Assembly (NCBI GenBank): GCA_964385035.1
Contig: CAYLMZ010000001.1
Span: forward strand, 17,833-81,832
DNA: 64,000 bases
Direction of reading: 5' to 3'
Origin: an uncultured Loktanella sp.
GTDB lineage: Bacteria > Pseudomonadota > Alphaproteobacteria > Rhodobacterales > Rhodobacteraceae
Shown here one piece after another: positions 1 to 9,910 of the stretch. Under the pieces are notes generated by a model, which was given only the letters and a program-made list of their open reading frames with translations, had not been told where the DNA came from and searched no databases. Each line of letters opens with the position of its first letter. Within the stretch, counting starts at the first letter, position 1. Made by a program: the position numbers and the translations under genes.

Positions 1-957
1 GCGGGTCCAGATACGGAGGCCCTGTTGGGCGCGCAAGAGCGCAATGGTCAACTGACCAAGCCGCCCGGTGCGCTTGGGCGGCTTGAGGATCTGGCGATCT
101 GGTACGCGAGCTGGCGCGGCAACCCCAAGCCCTCTATCGATGCACCGCAGGTGATCATCTTTGCGGGCAATCACGGCGTTTGCGCGCAAGGTGTCTCTGC
201 GTTCCCGCCTGAGGTCACGGTCCAGATGGTCGCCAATTTCGAACACGGCGGGGCAGCGATCAATCAGCTGTCCAAGGCGTTCGGGGCCAAGATGGACGTG
301 CATGCGCTTGATCTTGAGAACCCTACAGCCGACTTCACCGTCAGTCCTGCAATGACCGAGGAAGACTGCGTGGCCGCCCTGCAAACCGGCTGGAATGCGG
401 TTGATCCGGATGCCGATCTGTTGGTGACAGGTGAGATGGGGATCGGCAATACGACCTCTGCTGCGGCGGTGGCGGCGGCTGTTCTGGGCGGTGAGGCCGC
501 AGACTGGACCGGACGCGGAACGGGCGTCGATGATGCGGGGCTGGAACGCAAGACAGAGGTCGTCGCCAAAGGCCTCGCGCTCCATGCAACTGACGACCCG
601 CTTGAAGCACTGCGGTGTCTTGGCGGACGTGAGTTGGCGGCCATGGCAGGCGCGATTGCTGCCGCGCGTCACTACGGTATTCCTGTGATCCTTGACGGGT
701 TCATCTGTTCGGCGGCCGCTGCGACATTGGCAAAGGCCGTCCCCGGCGCGCTTGATCACACAGTCGCCGGTCATCTGAGCGCTGAAGGCGCGCATCGCCG
801 TTTGTTGGACGCAATTGGCAAAGAGCCACTCCTGAGCCTCGGTCTGCGCTTGGGCGAAGGGTCGGGGGCCGCGCTTGCGATCGGTGTGCTGAAGGGGGCT
901 GTCGCTTGTCACTCTGGCATGGCTACTTTTGCTGAGGCCGGGGTCAGCGACGGTTAG
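1..957 (+). CDS. cobT: Nicotinate-nucleotide--dimethylbenzimidazole phosphoribosyltransferase (5' end truncated by the window)
   Basis: [21 protein letters not shown] and LRLGEGSGA motifs; the frame is open from base 1 (called cobU in P. denitrificans nomenclature). Confidence 0.95.
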   Translation, partial: AGPDTEALLGAQERNGQLTKPPGALGRLEDLAIWYASWRGNPKPSIDAPQVIIFAGNHGVCAQGVSAFPPEVTVQMVANFEHGGAAINQLSKAFGAKMDVHALDLENPTADFTVSPAMTEEDCVAALQTGWNAVDPDADLLVTGEMGIGNTTSAAAVAAAVLGGEAADWTGRGTGVDDAGLERKTEVVAKGLALHATDDPLEALRCLGGRELAAMAGAIAAARHYGIPVILDGFICSAAAATLAKAVPGALDHTVAGHLSAEGAHRRLLDAIGKEPLLSLGLRLGEGSGAALAIGVLKGAVACHSGMATFAEAGVSDG

Positions 958-2831
958 TCGCCTTTCTTTTCATTGGCCTGCTGGCGGGCGGAAAGTTCCA
1001 TCTCGAGCGAGGTGTTCAATTCGCGCGCCCGCTCGACATAGTCTGGCAGATCTGACACCTGCACACCGGGCTTCCAGAGGTCTGTCAATTCCCGCAAGGC
1101 CGCGCGGTCGTGTTGATAGAACGCGTTTTCAAGCTCTGCGGCTTCAAATTCCGTTAACCCAAGGTTTTCCAGCACATAGCGGCCCGCCCGCAAAGAACTG
1201 TCGAACATCTCGCGCACCACATCGTCTGCACCTGCCTCTGACAACTCATGCACATGCACCCGGTCGCGGGCGCGGGCAATGATGTGCAAATCAGGGCGCG
1301 CTTTGCGGGCATAGCGCACCAGTTTCACGGCGTTCGCCTTGTCGTCAATCGCCACCACCAAAACGTTTGCATCTTCCAGCCCCGCGGCTTTGAGCAGATC
1401 AGGGCGGGTGGGATCCCCGAAGAACCCCCGAAACCCGAATTTCCGCATCATCTGGACAGTGGCCAGATTGTTGTCGACAACAACCGTGTCAAATCCAGCG
1501 CTCCGCACCAGCCGGTTCACGATCTGCCCGAACCGTCCGATCCCGGCGATAATGACGGTGCCTTGTTCGTCGACTTCGTCGTGCTCTTCCTCGTCAGGGT
1601 CATGCATCCGGCGGATGATCAACTCGTAGGCGATGAACAAAAGGGGCGTGATCAGCATCGAAAGTGCGATCACCAACAAAAGCTTGCCACCCAACGCATC
1701 AGTCAGCACGTTTTGTTGCAATGAAAAGGAAATCAGGACGAAACCGAATTCACCGGCTTGTGCAAGACCAAGGGTAAAGAGCCACCGGTCCTTACGGTGC
1801 AGCCGGAACGCGGTCGCAAGGCCGAAAAGGATCACGCCTTTGATCATCATGATCCCAACGGCCAATCCGATGATACCGGCGGGATCCGACCAGAGCAGGT
1901 TAAAGTCGATTCCGGCTCCGACGGTGATAAAGAAGAGCCCCAGCAAAAGCCCCTTGAACGGCTCAAGGTCGCTTTCCAGCTCGTGCCGGAATTCGGAGTT
2001 GGCAAGAACCACACCCGCAAGAAATGTGCCCAATGCCGGGGACAGGCCCACCATCTGCATCAGAACCGCAATCGCGACGACCATCAGCAGGGCGAGAGCG
2101 GTATACATTTCCCGCAACCGGGCGTGGTGAATGTAGCGAAAGACCGGACGGGTCAGAAACACCCCGGCCAGAATGACGGCAACGACTGCCCCCAGTGTCA
2201 CGAGTGTTACCCCCCAGCCGGGTAGCCCTTCGACAAGGCTGAGAGTGGCGTGATGGTCATCGCCATGCTCGGTGGCGGACCGGACAAGTGAGCCGTCGGG
2301 GTTGAGGGTCAAAAGCACAGGCACCGCCAAAAGCGGCAGCAGGGCCAGCATCGGGATCACGGCAATATCTTGTGCCAAAAGCACTGAAAACGTGGACCGC
2401 CCGCCGCTGGTGCGCATTAACCCCTTTTCAGACAGGGTTTGCAGCACGATCGCAGTCGAAGACAACGCAAAGATCATCCCAATTGCGATAGATGTTCCCC
2501 ACTCATACCCAAAGAGCCGGGCCCCAATGGTGATGGCCAATGTCGTGATCAGAACCTGCATCCCCCCCAGACCCAGCAGGCGCTGGCGCATATTCCAAAG
2601 GGCACGTGGGTCAAGCTCTAGCCCGATCAGGAAAAGCATCATCACAACACCAAATTCGGCAAAGTGTTGCAGGTCTTTTGTTTCCGTGCCGACAAGACCG
2701 GTCAACGGGCCAATCACGATCCCCGCCAAGAGATAGCCGAGGACTGATCCAAGACCCAATCGTGCGGCCAAAGGCACGGCGATTACCGCGGCCCCGAGGT
2801 AGATAGTTGCTTGAAAAAGGAAGCTTTCCAT
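954..2831 (-). CDS. kefC: Glutathione-regulated K+ efflux antiporter (CPA2, KefB/KefC family)
   Basis: Multi-TM N-terminus with [16 protein letters not shown] and EYRHELE-like SEFRHELE; C-terminal TrkA-N domain ([21 protein letters not shown]). Confidence 0.9.
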   Translation of the reverse strand: MESFLFQATIYLGAAVIAVPLAARLGLGSVLGYLLAGIVIGPLTGLVGTETKDLQHFAEFGVVMMLFLIGLELDPRALWNMRQRLLGLGGMQVLITTLAITIGARLFGYEWGTSIAIGMIFALSSTAIVLQTLSEKGLMRTSGGRSTFSVLLAQDIAVIPMLALLPLLAVPVLLTLNPDGSLVRSATEHGDDHHATLSLVEGLPGWGVTLVTLGAVVAVILAGVFLTRPVFRYIHHARLREMYTALALLMVVAIAVLMQMVGLSPALGTFLAGVVLANSEFRHELESDLEPFKGLLLGLFFITVGAGIDFNLLWSDPAGIIGLAVGIMMIKGVILFGLATAFRLHRKDRWLFTLGLAQAGEFGFVLISFSLQQNVLTDALGGKLLLVIALSMLITPLLFIAYELIIRRMHDPDEEEHDEVDEQGTVIIAGIGRFGQIVNRLVRSAGFDTVVVDNNLATVQMMRKFGFRGFFGDPTRPDLLKAAGLEDANVLVVAIDDKANAVKLVRYARKARPDLHIIARARDRVHVHELSEAGADDVVREMFDSSLRAGRYVLENLGLTEFEAAELENAFYQHDRAALRELTDLWKPGVQVSDLPDYVERARELNTSLEMELSARQQANEKKGD

Positions 2832-2864
2832 ATGGTTGCGAACCTGTGGCGAGGAGGTGCAAAG

Positions 2865-2880
2865 TTACGCCCACCTTAAC
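2865..2880. promoter_or_regulatory. CtrA-box-like site upstream of kefC
   Basis: TTAC-gcccacc-TTAAC, one mismatch from TTAA-N7-TTAAC. Confidence 0.35.
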
Positions 2881-2924
2881 GGCTGTCACGCTGTTGGAAA
2901 GGGGCAGACCGCCGCAATCAGGTC

Positions 2925-5375
2925 TTAGGTGTCAGGCAACCCAATGGCATAGGTCCGGCCACGTTTGACATAGTTCAGCGCATCATCACTGATGGCCACG
3001 ACTTGTCCGCCGTCCAGTTCGCTGCCCACCTCTACACGCACGAAACGCCCATTCGACAGGCGCACCAAGGCGCGCCGGTCATTTGGCCGCCCGTAGACAC
3101 CGATCAGATTGATGTCCCGCAAGCGGATCGCATCCTCGATCGTCGCCGCGCGGGCAACGCCGCCGGGAACAGGTTCGGAATTCTGTGGAACAGAGGGTGC
3201 CGCGGCCGGTGCAGGTGTCGGTGCGGCTTGTGCGGCGGCAGCGGCGGCAAGGCGTTCGGCGGTGCGCTGCGCGCGCAAAGATGCGATCTGATCACCAAAA
3301 CCCGCCGGACGGGTCTCGGGGCGCAAAGATGAAGCCACAGCAAGTGCCGTACTATTGTCAAAGCGCAAGGTCGCGTCAGATGCGACGACACCTTCAAGGA
3401 TATCTGTCAGATCAGGTGCACTTGCGGCCGTGACAGGGGCAAGTCCTGTCGGGCGCAGCTGCGGACGCGGGTCATCTTCGGCCGCGCGTTCGACGACGAT
3501 CGTATCAAGGGCGACACTACCTGAGTCCTGAAGTTCCAGACCCGCGATCCCGACACTTCCCGGCCCCGTTGCGGGGGGTGTCTCTAAGCCAGGTGTTGCA
3601 ATGTCCTCGGACAACTCAGGTTGCAATCCTTCGGGCCTGAGCGGTGTCGCAAAGGGCGGAGGACCTGCAATGATCACAACCCCATCGGGGGCTGGGGCCA
3701 GCAATGCCATTCGGGCGAGATCATCCGCGCTGAGTTCGGGGCGCGGTTGGAACGCGATGTCAGGCAGGCCTGAAAAGACGATCGCACCCTCGGGCGTCAC
3801 GGCGCCTTCAGGTGTCGCAAGAACGAAGCCGTCGGCATCCCGCGCGAAAGTCACATCAGGCGGTGGCGGGTTGACGGGTGCCGGGAAGACCACTTCGGCA
3901 ACCTCAGCAGGCAATGGGACTGGTGCCCCACGATCCGCCACATAGCTTTCCGTGGTTTCAGGCCGGACGAATCCCAATGCGATTGCGCCCGAAGGTTCGT
4001 CAAAGAATCGCGGTGCGCGTTGCCAGACGCCTGTCGCCTCATAAAAGGCGCGCGCCTCATCGGGAGTCGGAACCCTGCCGATTGTCGGAGCCACCGTGCT
4101 ATCCGCCGGCGTTTCTGCAGTGGCGACAACTTCCGCCGGTGGTGCTGGCGGTGCCTGCGGTGGTGTCGGTAACCCGTCAGGTGCAGCCATCACCACGGGG
4201 ACAGGGGTGCCTCGTGACGCGGCAGGCAGTGTAACGCCACTGACTTGCGGCAAAACAGAAGGTTGAGGGGCGCTTGGTAAGGCCGTGGTTCCCGTCACAA
4301 ATTGGGGGGCGGGGTCCGGAGTTACCTCGGCGACTTGCGGGGCTGCAACAGGGTCAACTGGATCTGACGGTATGTCCGCCTCGACAATCTCGGTTGGACT
4401 CTCGGCAAGGGGCGGCACGGCTGCTTGATTGGTGTAAGCCCAAAGCCCTGCACCGATTGCGCCCAACAGGGCAAACCCAGCTGCGATGCGTCCGGGCGTC
4501 AATGCACCGTCTCGCGTATTCTGTGCCGCAGGTGTCGCCCGCTTTGGCGCGGCAAGCGAGGGTCCAACGGCCGCAACAGCTTTTGCAACGGCTGGCGAAA
4601 CCTTCGGGGCGACGGGGGCCCTAGAGCCGGACTTGGAATGCGTTTCAGGTATCACAGCGTCAAAGAGGGCAGGCTTGAAGAATGTCAAAGCCGCAGCCAC
4701 GGTTGTCGGGCTTCCCGTCTCTGCCTTGATAGGCTGGGGGCTATCCTCTGGCTTTGAGGCTGTTGTCGGCGGCACTTCCGCGATCACCGTGTCAAACAAT
4801 GCTTGTTTGCTGGCGCGCTTGGGCGACTGTCTGATTTTCAGGTTTGTGCCGGTCACAACCGGCGGGTCTGTGCGGGCAATCTGGGCATCTTCCCCCAACA
4901 GATCAGGCATGACGGATGTCGGGCCAAAGAAAACCTCTTGTGGAAAGGTGCCATCGGGCGGGATCGCAACAAATGCAACGGGCCGGAACCCATGCCCATC
5001 GGCAAAGCTTTCAGCCTCTTCCAGCGTCTCGCGCGCAACAGCGGCGATATGGGTTTTGCCATTTTCCGATACGTGATCCACAACAAGATCAAACAGACTG
5101 TAAGGCGTGGCCCCCTCAAGAGCTGTGTGGACATCTGCGGCAGTGGCATCGGGCGCATCAAGGCTCAGAAACTTGATCTGGTCCTGTGGAATCACAAGCT
5201 TTGTCGCAAATGATCCCGCACTGACGGATACGGCTTCGTCACGCAATGCTGCCAGATCGGCATCGAGCGTCGGGCTGGCGATATCGACACGGCCCAGCCC
5301 GCGCCACCCGCCCGGCGCGCGATGCAAGAGATCAATTCCGTCAAAAGACAGAGAAAGCGCAAATTCGGCTGTCAT
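2925..5375 (-). CDS. Single-pass membrane protein: PilM/GspL-like N-domain, Pro/Ala-rich linker, PilP-like C-domain
   Basis: 816-aa ORF; one TM segment (IAAGFALLGAIGAGLWAYT); C-terminus INLIGVYGRPNDRRALVRLSNGRFVRVEVGSELDGGQV resembles PilP/GspC-HR. Confidence 0.65.
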   Translation of the reverse strand: MTAEFALSLSFDGIDLLHRAPGGWRGLGRVDIASPTLDADLAALRDEAVSVSAGSFATKLVIPQDQIKFLSLDAPDATAADVHTALEGATPYSLFDLVVDHVSENGKTHIAAVARETLEEAESFADGHGFRPVAFVAIPPDGTFPQEVFFGPTSVMPDLLGEDAQIARTDPPVVTGTNLKIRQSPKRASKQALFDTVIAEVPPTTASKPEDSPQPIKAETGSPTTVAAALTFFKPALFDAVIPETHSKSGSRAPVAPKVSPAVAKAVAAVGPSLAAPKRATPAAQNTRDGALTPGRIAAGFALLGAIGAGLWAYTNQAAVPPLAESPTEIVEADIPSDPVDPVAAPQVAEVTPDPAPQFVTGTTALPSAPQPSVLPQVSGVTLPAASRGTPVPVVMAAPDGLPTPPQAPPAPPAEVVATAETPADSTVAPTIGRVPTPDEARAFYEATGVWQRAPRFFDEPSGAIALGFVRPETTESYVADRGAPVPLPAEVAEVVFPAPVNPPPPDVTFARDADGFVLATPEGAVTPEGAIVFSGLPDIAFQPRPELSADDLARMALLAPAPDGVVIIAGPPPFATPLRPEGLQPELSEDIATPGLETPPATGPGSVGIAGLELQDSGSVALDTIVVERAAEDDPRPQLRPTGLAPVTAASAPDLTDILEGVVASDATLRFDNSTALAVASSLRPETRPAGFGDQIASLRAQRTAERLAAAAAAQAAPTPAPAAAPSVPQNSEPVPGGVARAATIEDAIRLRDINLIGVYGRPNDRRALVRLSNGRFVRVEVGSELDGGQVVAISDDALNYVKRGRTYAIGLPDT

Positions 5376-5506
5376 AGCTGGCGTCTAGCATGTTCGTTTC
5401 ATCGGCAAAACGCGTTTGCCCCCACATCTTGTATGCTAAAGCAGAAACCCGCCTAGGCCAAGGGCGCAGGCGGGCTCTGGAAGCTTTGTGATCAGCTTTT
5501 CTGGGG

Positions 5507-6799
5507 TCAGGCGGTCGCTTTGGCCAAGGCCTGATCAAGGTCGGCGATAATATCGTCCGCATCCTCGATCCCGATGGACAGGCGCACAATGCCAGGCCCC
5601 GCACCTGCGGCCTCTTGCTGCTCTGCAGTCAACTGCCGGTGGGTGGTCGAGGCGGAATGGATAATCAGACTACGCGTGTCACCAAGGTTGGCCACATGGC
5701 TGAAGATCTCGAGACTATCGACAAGTTTGACACATGAGTCATAGCCACCCTTCACAGCGACGGTGAACAAAGCGCCTGCTCCACGTGGGCAAATCTTTGG
5801 CACCAGATGGGAATAGGGTGAACTCTCCAGACCGGCATAGGTCACATAATCGGTGCGCGGATCATCCTCGAGCCATTTGGCGACCTTCATCGCGTTCTCG
5901 ACGTGACGGTCCATGCGCAACGACAGGGTCTCGATCCCCATCAACGTATAATGCGCCGCCTGCGGGTTCATCGTCATGCCCAGATCACGCAAGCCGATGG
6001 CGATACCGTGGAAGGTAAAGGCCAGAGGGCCAAAAGTCTCGGCAAACTTCAACCCGTGATAGGCAGGCTCGGGCTGGCTGAGGGACGGGAACTTGTCATT
6101 GGCAGCCCAGTCAAATTTGCCGCTATCAACAACACAGCCGCCGGTCACAGTGCCGTTGCCCGTCAGGTACTTGGTGGTCGAATGGACCACAAGCGTCGCA
6201 CCATGCTCAATAGGACGACAGAGGTATGGGGTGGCAGATGTGTTGTCCACGATCAGCGGAATGCCAGCCTCATCGGCAATCGCGGCGATGACGGGCAGAT
6301 CAGTAATGTGACCACCTGGGTTGGCAATCGCCTCGCAGAACACGGCGCGAGTATCATCATCAATGGCGGCCTTTACGGCTTCCGGATCATCCATGTCCAC
6401 AAACTTGGCAGACCAGCCGAACCGTTTGATGGTTTGGCTGAACTGGGTCACGGTGCCACCGTAAAGACGGCTGGAGGCCACAACATTCCGGCCCGGCTCC
6501 ATCAACGGAAACAGCGCCATGATCTGGGCGGCATGCCCCGATGAACAGCACACAGCGCCAACGCCACCCTCAAGGGTAGCAACGCGTTCCTGCAAGGCAG
6601 CGACAGTCGGGTTGGTCAGGCGGGAATAGATATAGCCCACTTCCTGCAAATTGAACAAAGCGGCAGCATGCTCGGCATCGCGGAACACATAAGCGGTGGA
6701 TTGATAGATCGGCACCTGGCGCGCACCGGTTGCCGGATCGGGCCGTGCACCAGCATGGATTTGCAGCGTATCAAAGCCGTAGGATGGGCCATCAGTCAT
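5507..6799 (-). CDS. metY: O-acetylhomoserine aminocarboxypropyltransferase (sulfhydrylase)
   Basis: FDTLQIHAG, IYSRLTNPT, PLP-lysine motif HSTTKY, ANLGDTRSLIIH; start chosen at MTDGPSY behind a GGGAG RBS. Confidence 0.92.
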   Translation of the reverse strand: MTDGPSYGFDTLQIHAGARPDPATGARQVPIYQSTAYVFRDAEHAAALFNLQEVGYIYSRLTNPTVAALQERVATLEGGVGAVCCSSGHAAQIMALFPLMEPGRNVVASSRLYGGTVTQFSQTIKRFGWSAKFVDMDDPEAVKAAIDDDTRAVFCEAIANPGGHITDLPVIAAIADEAGIPLIVDNTSATPYLCRPIEHGATLVVHSTTKYLTGNGTVTGGCVVDSGKFDWAANDKFPSLSQPEPAYHGLKFAETFGPLAFTFHGIAIGLRDLGMTMNPQAAHYTLMGIETLSLRMDRHVENAMKVAKWLEDDPRTDYVTYAGLESSPYSHLVPKICPRGAGALFTVAVKGGYDSCVKLVDSLEIFSHVANLGDTRSLIIHSASTTHRQLTAEQQEAAGAGPGIVRLSIGIEDADDIIADLDQALAKATA

Positions 6800-6886
6800 T
6801 TTGAGACTCCCTTTTGTCATCTGTTGGCTTACGTGTAGGCGGAAACACACAAGCACTCAACGTCTGCCAACAAATGAGGACCAACC

Positions 6887-7306
6887 ATGCCGCATCCGTT
6901 CCATTTCGCGTTTCATGTTTCTGATCTGGACGAGGCACGAGAATTCTATTCCGACGCGCTGGGTGCGACAGAAGGACGGTCGACCGACACGTGGGTCGAT
7001 TTCGACTTTTACGGCCACCAGCTCAGCCTGCATCGGGGCACACCTTTTGCCAATGAACCCACCGGCAAAGTGGGTGATCACATGGTGCCGATGCCGCACT
7101 TCGGGATCGTTCTGCCACTTGAAGAATGGACCGCACTGGCAGGGCGGCTCGAAGAACGCCAGACCGATTTTATCATCGCGCCATCAGTGCGGTTCAAAGG
7201 GGAACCGGGCGAGCAATGGACAATGTTCTTTCGTGACCCCTCAGGCAACCCGATCGAGGTCAAAGGCTTCGCCGATGAAAGCGGCATGTTCGCAAAAACC
7301 GCCTAA
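6887..7306 (+). CDS. VOC/glyoxalase family protein
   Basis: PFHFAF, WVDFDFYGHQ, HFG and DPSGNPIEVK motifs; GAGGA RBS. Confidence 0.88.
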   Translation: MPHPFHFAFHVSDLDEAREFYSDALGATEGRSTDTWVDFDFYGHQLSLHRGTPFANEPTGKVGDHMVPMPHFGIVLPLEEWTALAGRLEERQTDFIIAPSVRFKGEPGEQWTMFFRDPSGNPIEVKGFADESGMFAKTA

Positions 7307-7310
7307 CGGC

Positions 7311-7369
7311 TTCTTTCTCCACCAAAACTCCGGGGTGAGTGGCCGCAGGCCACGAGGGGCAGCGCCCCT
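7311..7369 (+). repeat. REP-like intergenic repeat, variant with two GC hairpins
   Basis: ttctttctccaccaaaactccggggtg followed by tggcc-gca-ggcca and aggggc-agc-gcccct; the 5' part is related to copies at 42482 and 61437. Confidence 0.6.
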
Positions 7370-8358
7370 TATCGGACCCAAAGACCTTCGGATTTGATCT
7401 TGTTGCGGATCGCGCGTTCCTTGCGGGGCAGGTTTGCGCGATCAAACAAGACGCGCACTTTATGGCCGCGCTTTTGATAGATCATCCGCTTTATCGGCTC
7501 ATGCAGCTTGAGAACCTTTTTGATTTTGTTGGGGGCGGTGATCGTCTCCAGATAGGCCACGACCCGATCAGGAGCACAGGCATAAAGCAGGGGCAAATAC
7601 CGGTAATGATAGCTGACCCTACCGTCCAGACCGGCCAGCGCATCCGTGGGCCTGCCGCCTCCAAAGCTATGAATGACCAAAGGAAGGGCGACCTGATCCA
7701 ACCACGGGTCCAATGGCTGGATCACAAGCTCTGGCGGGGGATCATTGCGGATCGCGGTTGCGAACTCCACAAACCGTGCGCCAAAGGCGACAGGATCAGC
7801 GCCATAAAACCATCCTGCATTAAAGTAGAGATAGCGTTCCCAGTATTCATCCGGTTGCGCCAGATCGAGAGAGCTTTCGAAATCCAAACCGAACCGGTCA
7901 TAAAGGGATTTCCAGATCGCGGTATAGCCCGGCCAGTAAAGCTCTTCGACCGGCCATGTCGGACCACGCCGCATTGAGGCTGCGGGCCTGTCAAAGTCAA
8001 AAGCAACCTTGCCAAGATCGCTCGTGATCAATGTGTCGCTGTCAAAAAAGACAAAGGGCTCTCCGGCTGGCATCACCGCAAGACCCTCGATCTTGTTGCC
8101 GTGCGGATAGCTCTGGCCAAAATGCACATTTTCAAACGGCGCAATCTCGGCCCCTTGTGCGATCAGGGCCTCTTTGACCGGGGCAGGCATGCGCGGGTCG
8201 TGATCCCAAAGGTCATTGGGCTGTGGTTCGACAACGATTACTCGGCCCTCATATCCGGGCGAGGAGGCGCGCAAGGATACTGCAAACAGCAGCGCTTCAA
8301 ACGCCAAACGCCCGCTTTGTCCGACAATCATGATGTTGGGGTGACGGGGGGGCATCAA
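7369..8358 (-). CDS. Conserved hypothetical protein, possible GT-A glycosyltransferase fold
   Basis: 329-aa ORF with NKIEGL...FVFFDSD (DxD), YFNAGW and LDQVAL motifs. Confidence 0.7.
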   Translation of the reverse strand: MMPPRHPNIMIVGQSGRLAFEALLFAVSLRASSPGYEGRVIVVEPQPNDLWDHDPRMPAPVKEALIAQGAEIAPFENVHFGQSYPHGNKIEGLAVMPAGEPFVFFDSDTLITSDLGKVAFDFDRPAASMRRGPTWPVEELYWPGYTAIWKSLYDRFGLDFESSLDLAQPDEYWERYLYFNAGWFYGADPVAFGARFVEFATAIRNDPPPELVIQPLDPWLDQVALPLVIHSFGGGRPTDALAGLDGRVSYHYRYLPLLYACAPDRVVAYLETITAPNKIKKVLKLHEPIKRMIYQKRGHKVRVLFDRANLPRKERAIRNKIKSEGLWVR

Positions 8359-8484
8359 ACAGCGCTCGCAACTGGACTTCTGACCGCAGGTCTAACGCTT
8401 CGGTCAAGGCGACGCAAACCCGTTCAAACCACGAAATACAGGCCACCAAATGGTGCATTATTCGATTGAACATATTGCGAGAAA

Positions 8485-8568
8485 TGGTGGGCGACCCTGG
8501 AATCGAACCAGGCGTGAGTCGCCTCGAGGGAGTTACAGTCCCCTGCCACACCTTGCGGCCTGTCGCCC
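8485..8568 (-). tRNA. tRNA-Tyr(GTA)
   Basis: Reverse complement GGGCGACAGGCCGCAAGGTGTGGCAGGGGACTGTAACTCCC...GGTTCGATTCCAGGGTCGCCCACCA; long variable arm, encoded CCA. Confidence 0.97.
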
Positions 8569-8692
8569 ACTTCGGCGGTGATTACCTGTGGCCAGATGGT
8601 GCGTCAACCGCAAAATGCGCCTGAAGTCTTCGCCCTTCACAGTGGCCTTTGTGTGGGGTATCGCGAGGGCGAGGAAAACAGGAAACAAGACC

Positions 8693-9469
8693 ATGAAAAA
8701 GCCCAAGTGGGTCATCGCCAAGGAACAGGCCAAACGGGCTGCTGCAAACGAAACTGTCTGGCTCTTTGGTCTGCATGCCGTGCGGGATGCTCTGATGAAC
8801 CCCGCGCGTGAAAAACTGCGCCTTGTCGCGACCCGCAACGCGCTTGAGCGGCTGGGTGATGCGGTGGCCCAAAGCGGTCTGACCCCCGAAATCTCGGATC
8901 CGCGAAAGTTTGCAGCCCCACTGGATCCGCAATCTGTGCACCAGGGTGCCGCGCTCGAAGTCAAACCGCGCAACTGGGGAACGCTGTCTGACGTTGCTCT
9001 GGGCGATGGGGCCATGCCGCCGCGTATGGTTTTGCTCGACCGAGTGACTGATCCGCATAATGTGGGCGCAATTCTGCGCTCGGCAGAGGTCTTTGGCGCC
9101 CGCGCCGTGGTCGCGGTGCAACGCCATTCGGCCCCAGAAACAGGGGCTTTGGCCAAAACGGCCAGCGGGGCACTGGAACGGCAACCTTACCTGCGTGTGC
9201 GCAACCTTGCCGATGCCATCATCGCGCTTCAGGATATGGGATATTTGGTGTTGGGCCTTGCAGGAGAGGCCTCACAAAGCATCGATGAGGCTGTGGCTGA
9301 CAAAAGGGATCGGCCAATCGCTTTGGTCTTGGGCGCTGAGGGGCCGGGTTTACGCGAAAAAACCCGCGAAACCTGTGATGCATTGGTCAAAATCGACGCG
9401 GCTGGTGGATTTGGGTCGCTCAACGTCTCAAATGCGGCCGCTATCGCCCTATATGCAGTAAAGGCGTAA
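8693..9469 (+). CDS. rlmB: 23S rRNA (Gm2251) 2'-O-methyltransferase, SpoU/TrmH family
   Basis: HQGAAL, LDRVTDPHNVGAILRSA, LGAEGPGLR and SLNVSNAA motifs. Confidence 0.92.
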   Translation: MKKPKWVIAKEQAKRAAANETVWLFGLHAVRDALMNPAREKLRLVATRNALERLGDAVAQSGLTPEISDPRKFAAPLDPQSVHQGAALEVKPRNWGTLSDVALGDGAMPPRMVLLDRVTDPHNVGAILRSAEVFGARAVVAVQRHSAPETGALAKTASGALERQPYLRVRNLADAIIALQDMGYLVLGLAGEASQSIDEAVADKRDRPIALVLGAEGPGLREKTRETCDALVKIDAAGGFGSLNVSNAAAIALYAVKA

Positions 9470-9483
9470 ACAAAGGGAAGAGA

Positions 9484-9798
9484 ATGGCAGCCACGAAAAT
9501 TGCGACCTGCTGTTACTGCGGCACCAAAGCGGCACTGGTTTTGAAGGGCAAAACCAAGCATGAACTGGCTTGCAGTAGCTGTGGTGCGCCCTTGCACGCG
9601 ATGAAGAGCCTGCCACAGACGACCGAGCGCGCCCGCACGCCACCCGCAAAAAAGCCCAAGCGCAAATACGATAACACCCATACTGACCGGCACGCACCGC
9701 GCCCCCACAAACGGCGCAAGAAAAAAAGTTTTGGCAAGAAGGTTTTTTCAGGCCTTTGGGATGTGATCGAAGACGTGGTGGACGAGGTCTTCGATTGA
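9484..9798 (+). CDS. Small zinc-ribbon protein with a basic tail
   Basis: CCYC...CSSCGAP; Lys/Arg-rich middle; acidic amphipathic end WDVIEDVVDEVFD; GGGAAG RBS. Confidence 0.75.
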   Translation: MAATKIATCCYCGTKAALVLKGKTKHELACSSCGAPLHAMKSLPQTTERARTPPAKKPKRKYDNTHTDRHAPRPHKRRKKKSFGKKVFSGLWDVIEDVVDEVFD

Positions 9799-9910
9799 TC
9801 ATCGGGGCGTGTCTGCCAGGGCAGGGGCTCGCAGCGTGACAAACCATCAGGCTTGACCCGACACAAGGGGCGGCACATGCTATCACCCAGTTGTTCTGTA
9901 GAGGGATTTC

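Noticed and set aside
6800-6886. SAM riboswitch upstream of metY
   Set aside because: The short divergent spacer lacks recognisable SAM-II or SAM/SAH motifs.
8485-8568. Integrated element at tRNA-Tyr (also checked at tRNA-Gly 19822-19896)
   Set aside because: No integrase and no duplicated tRNA 3' end were seen; the neighbours look like core genes.
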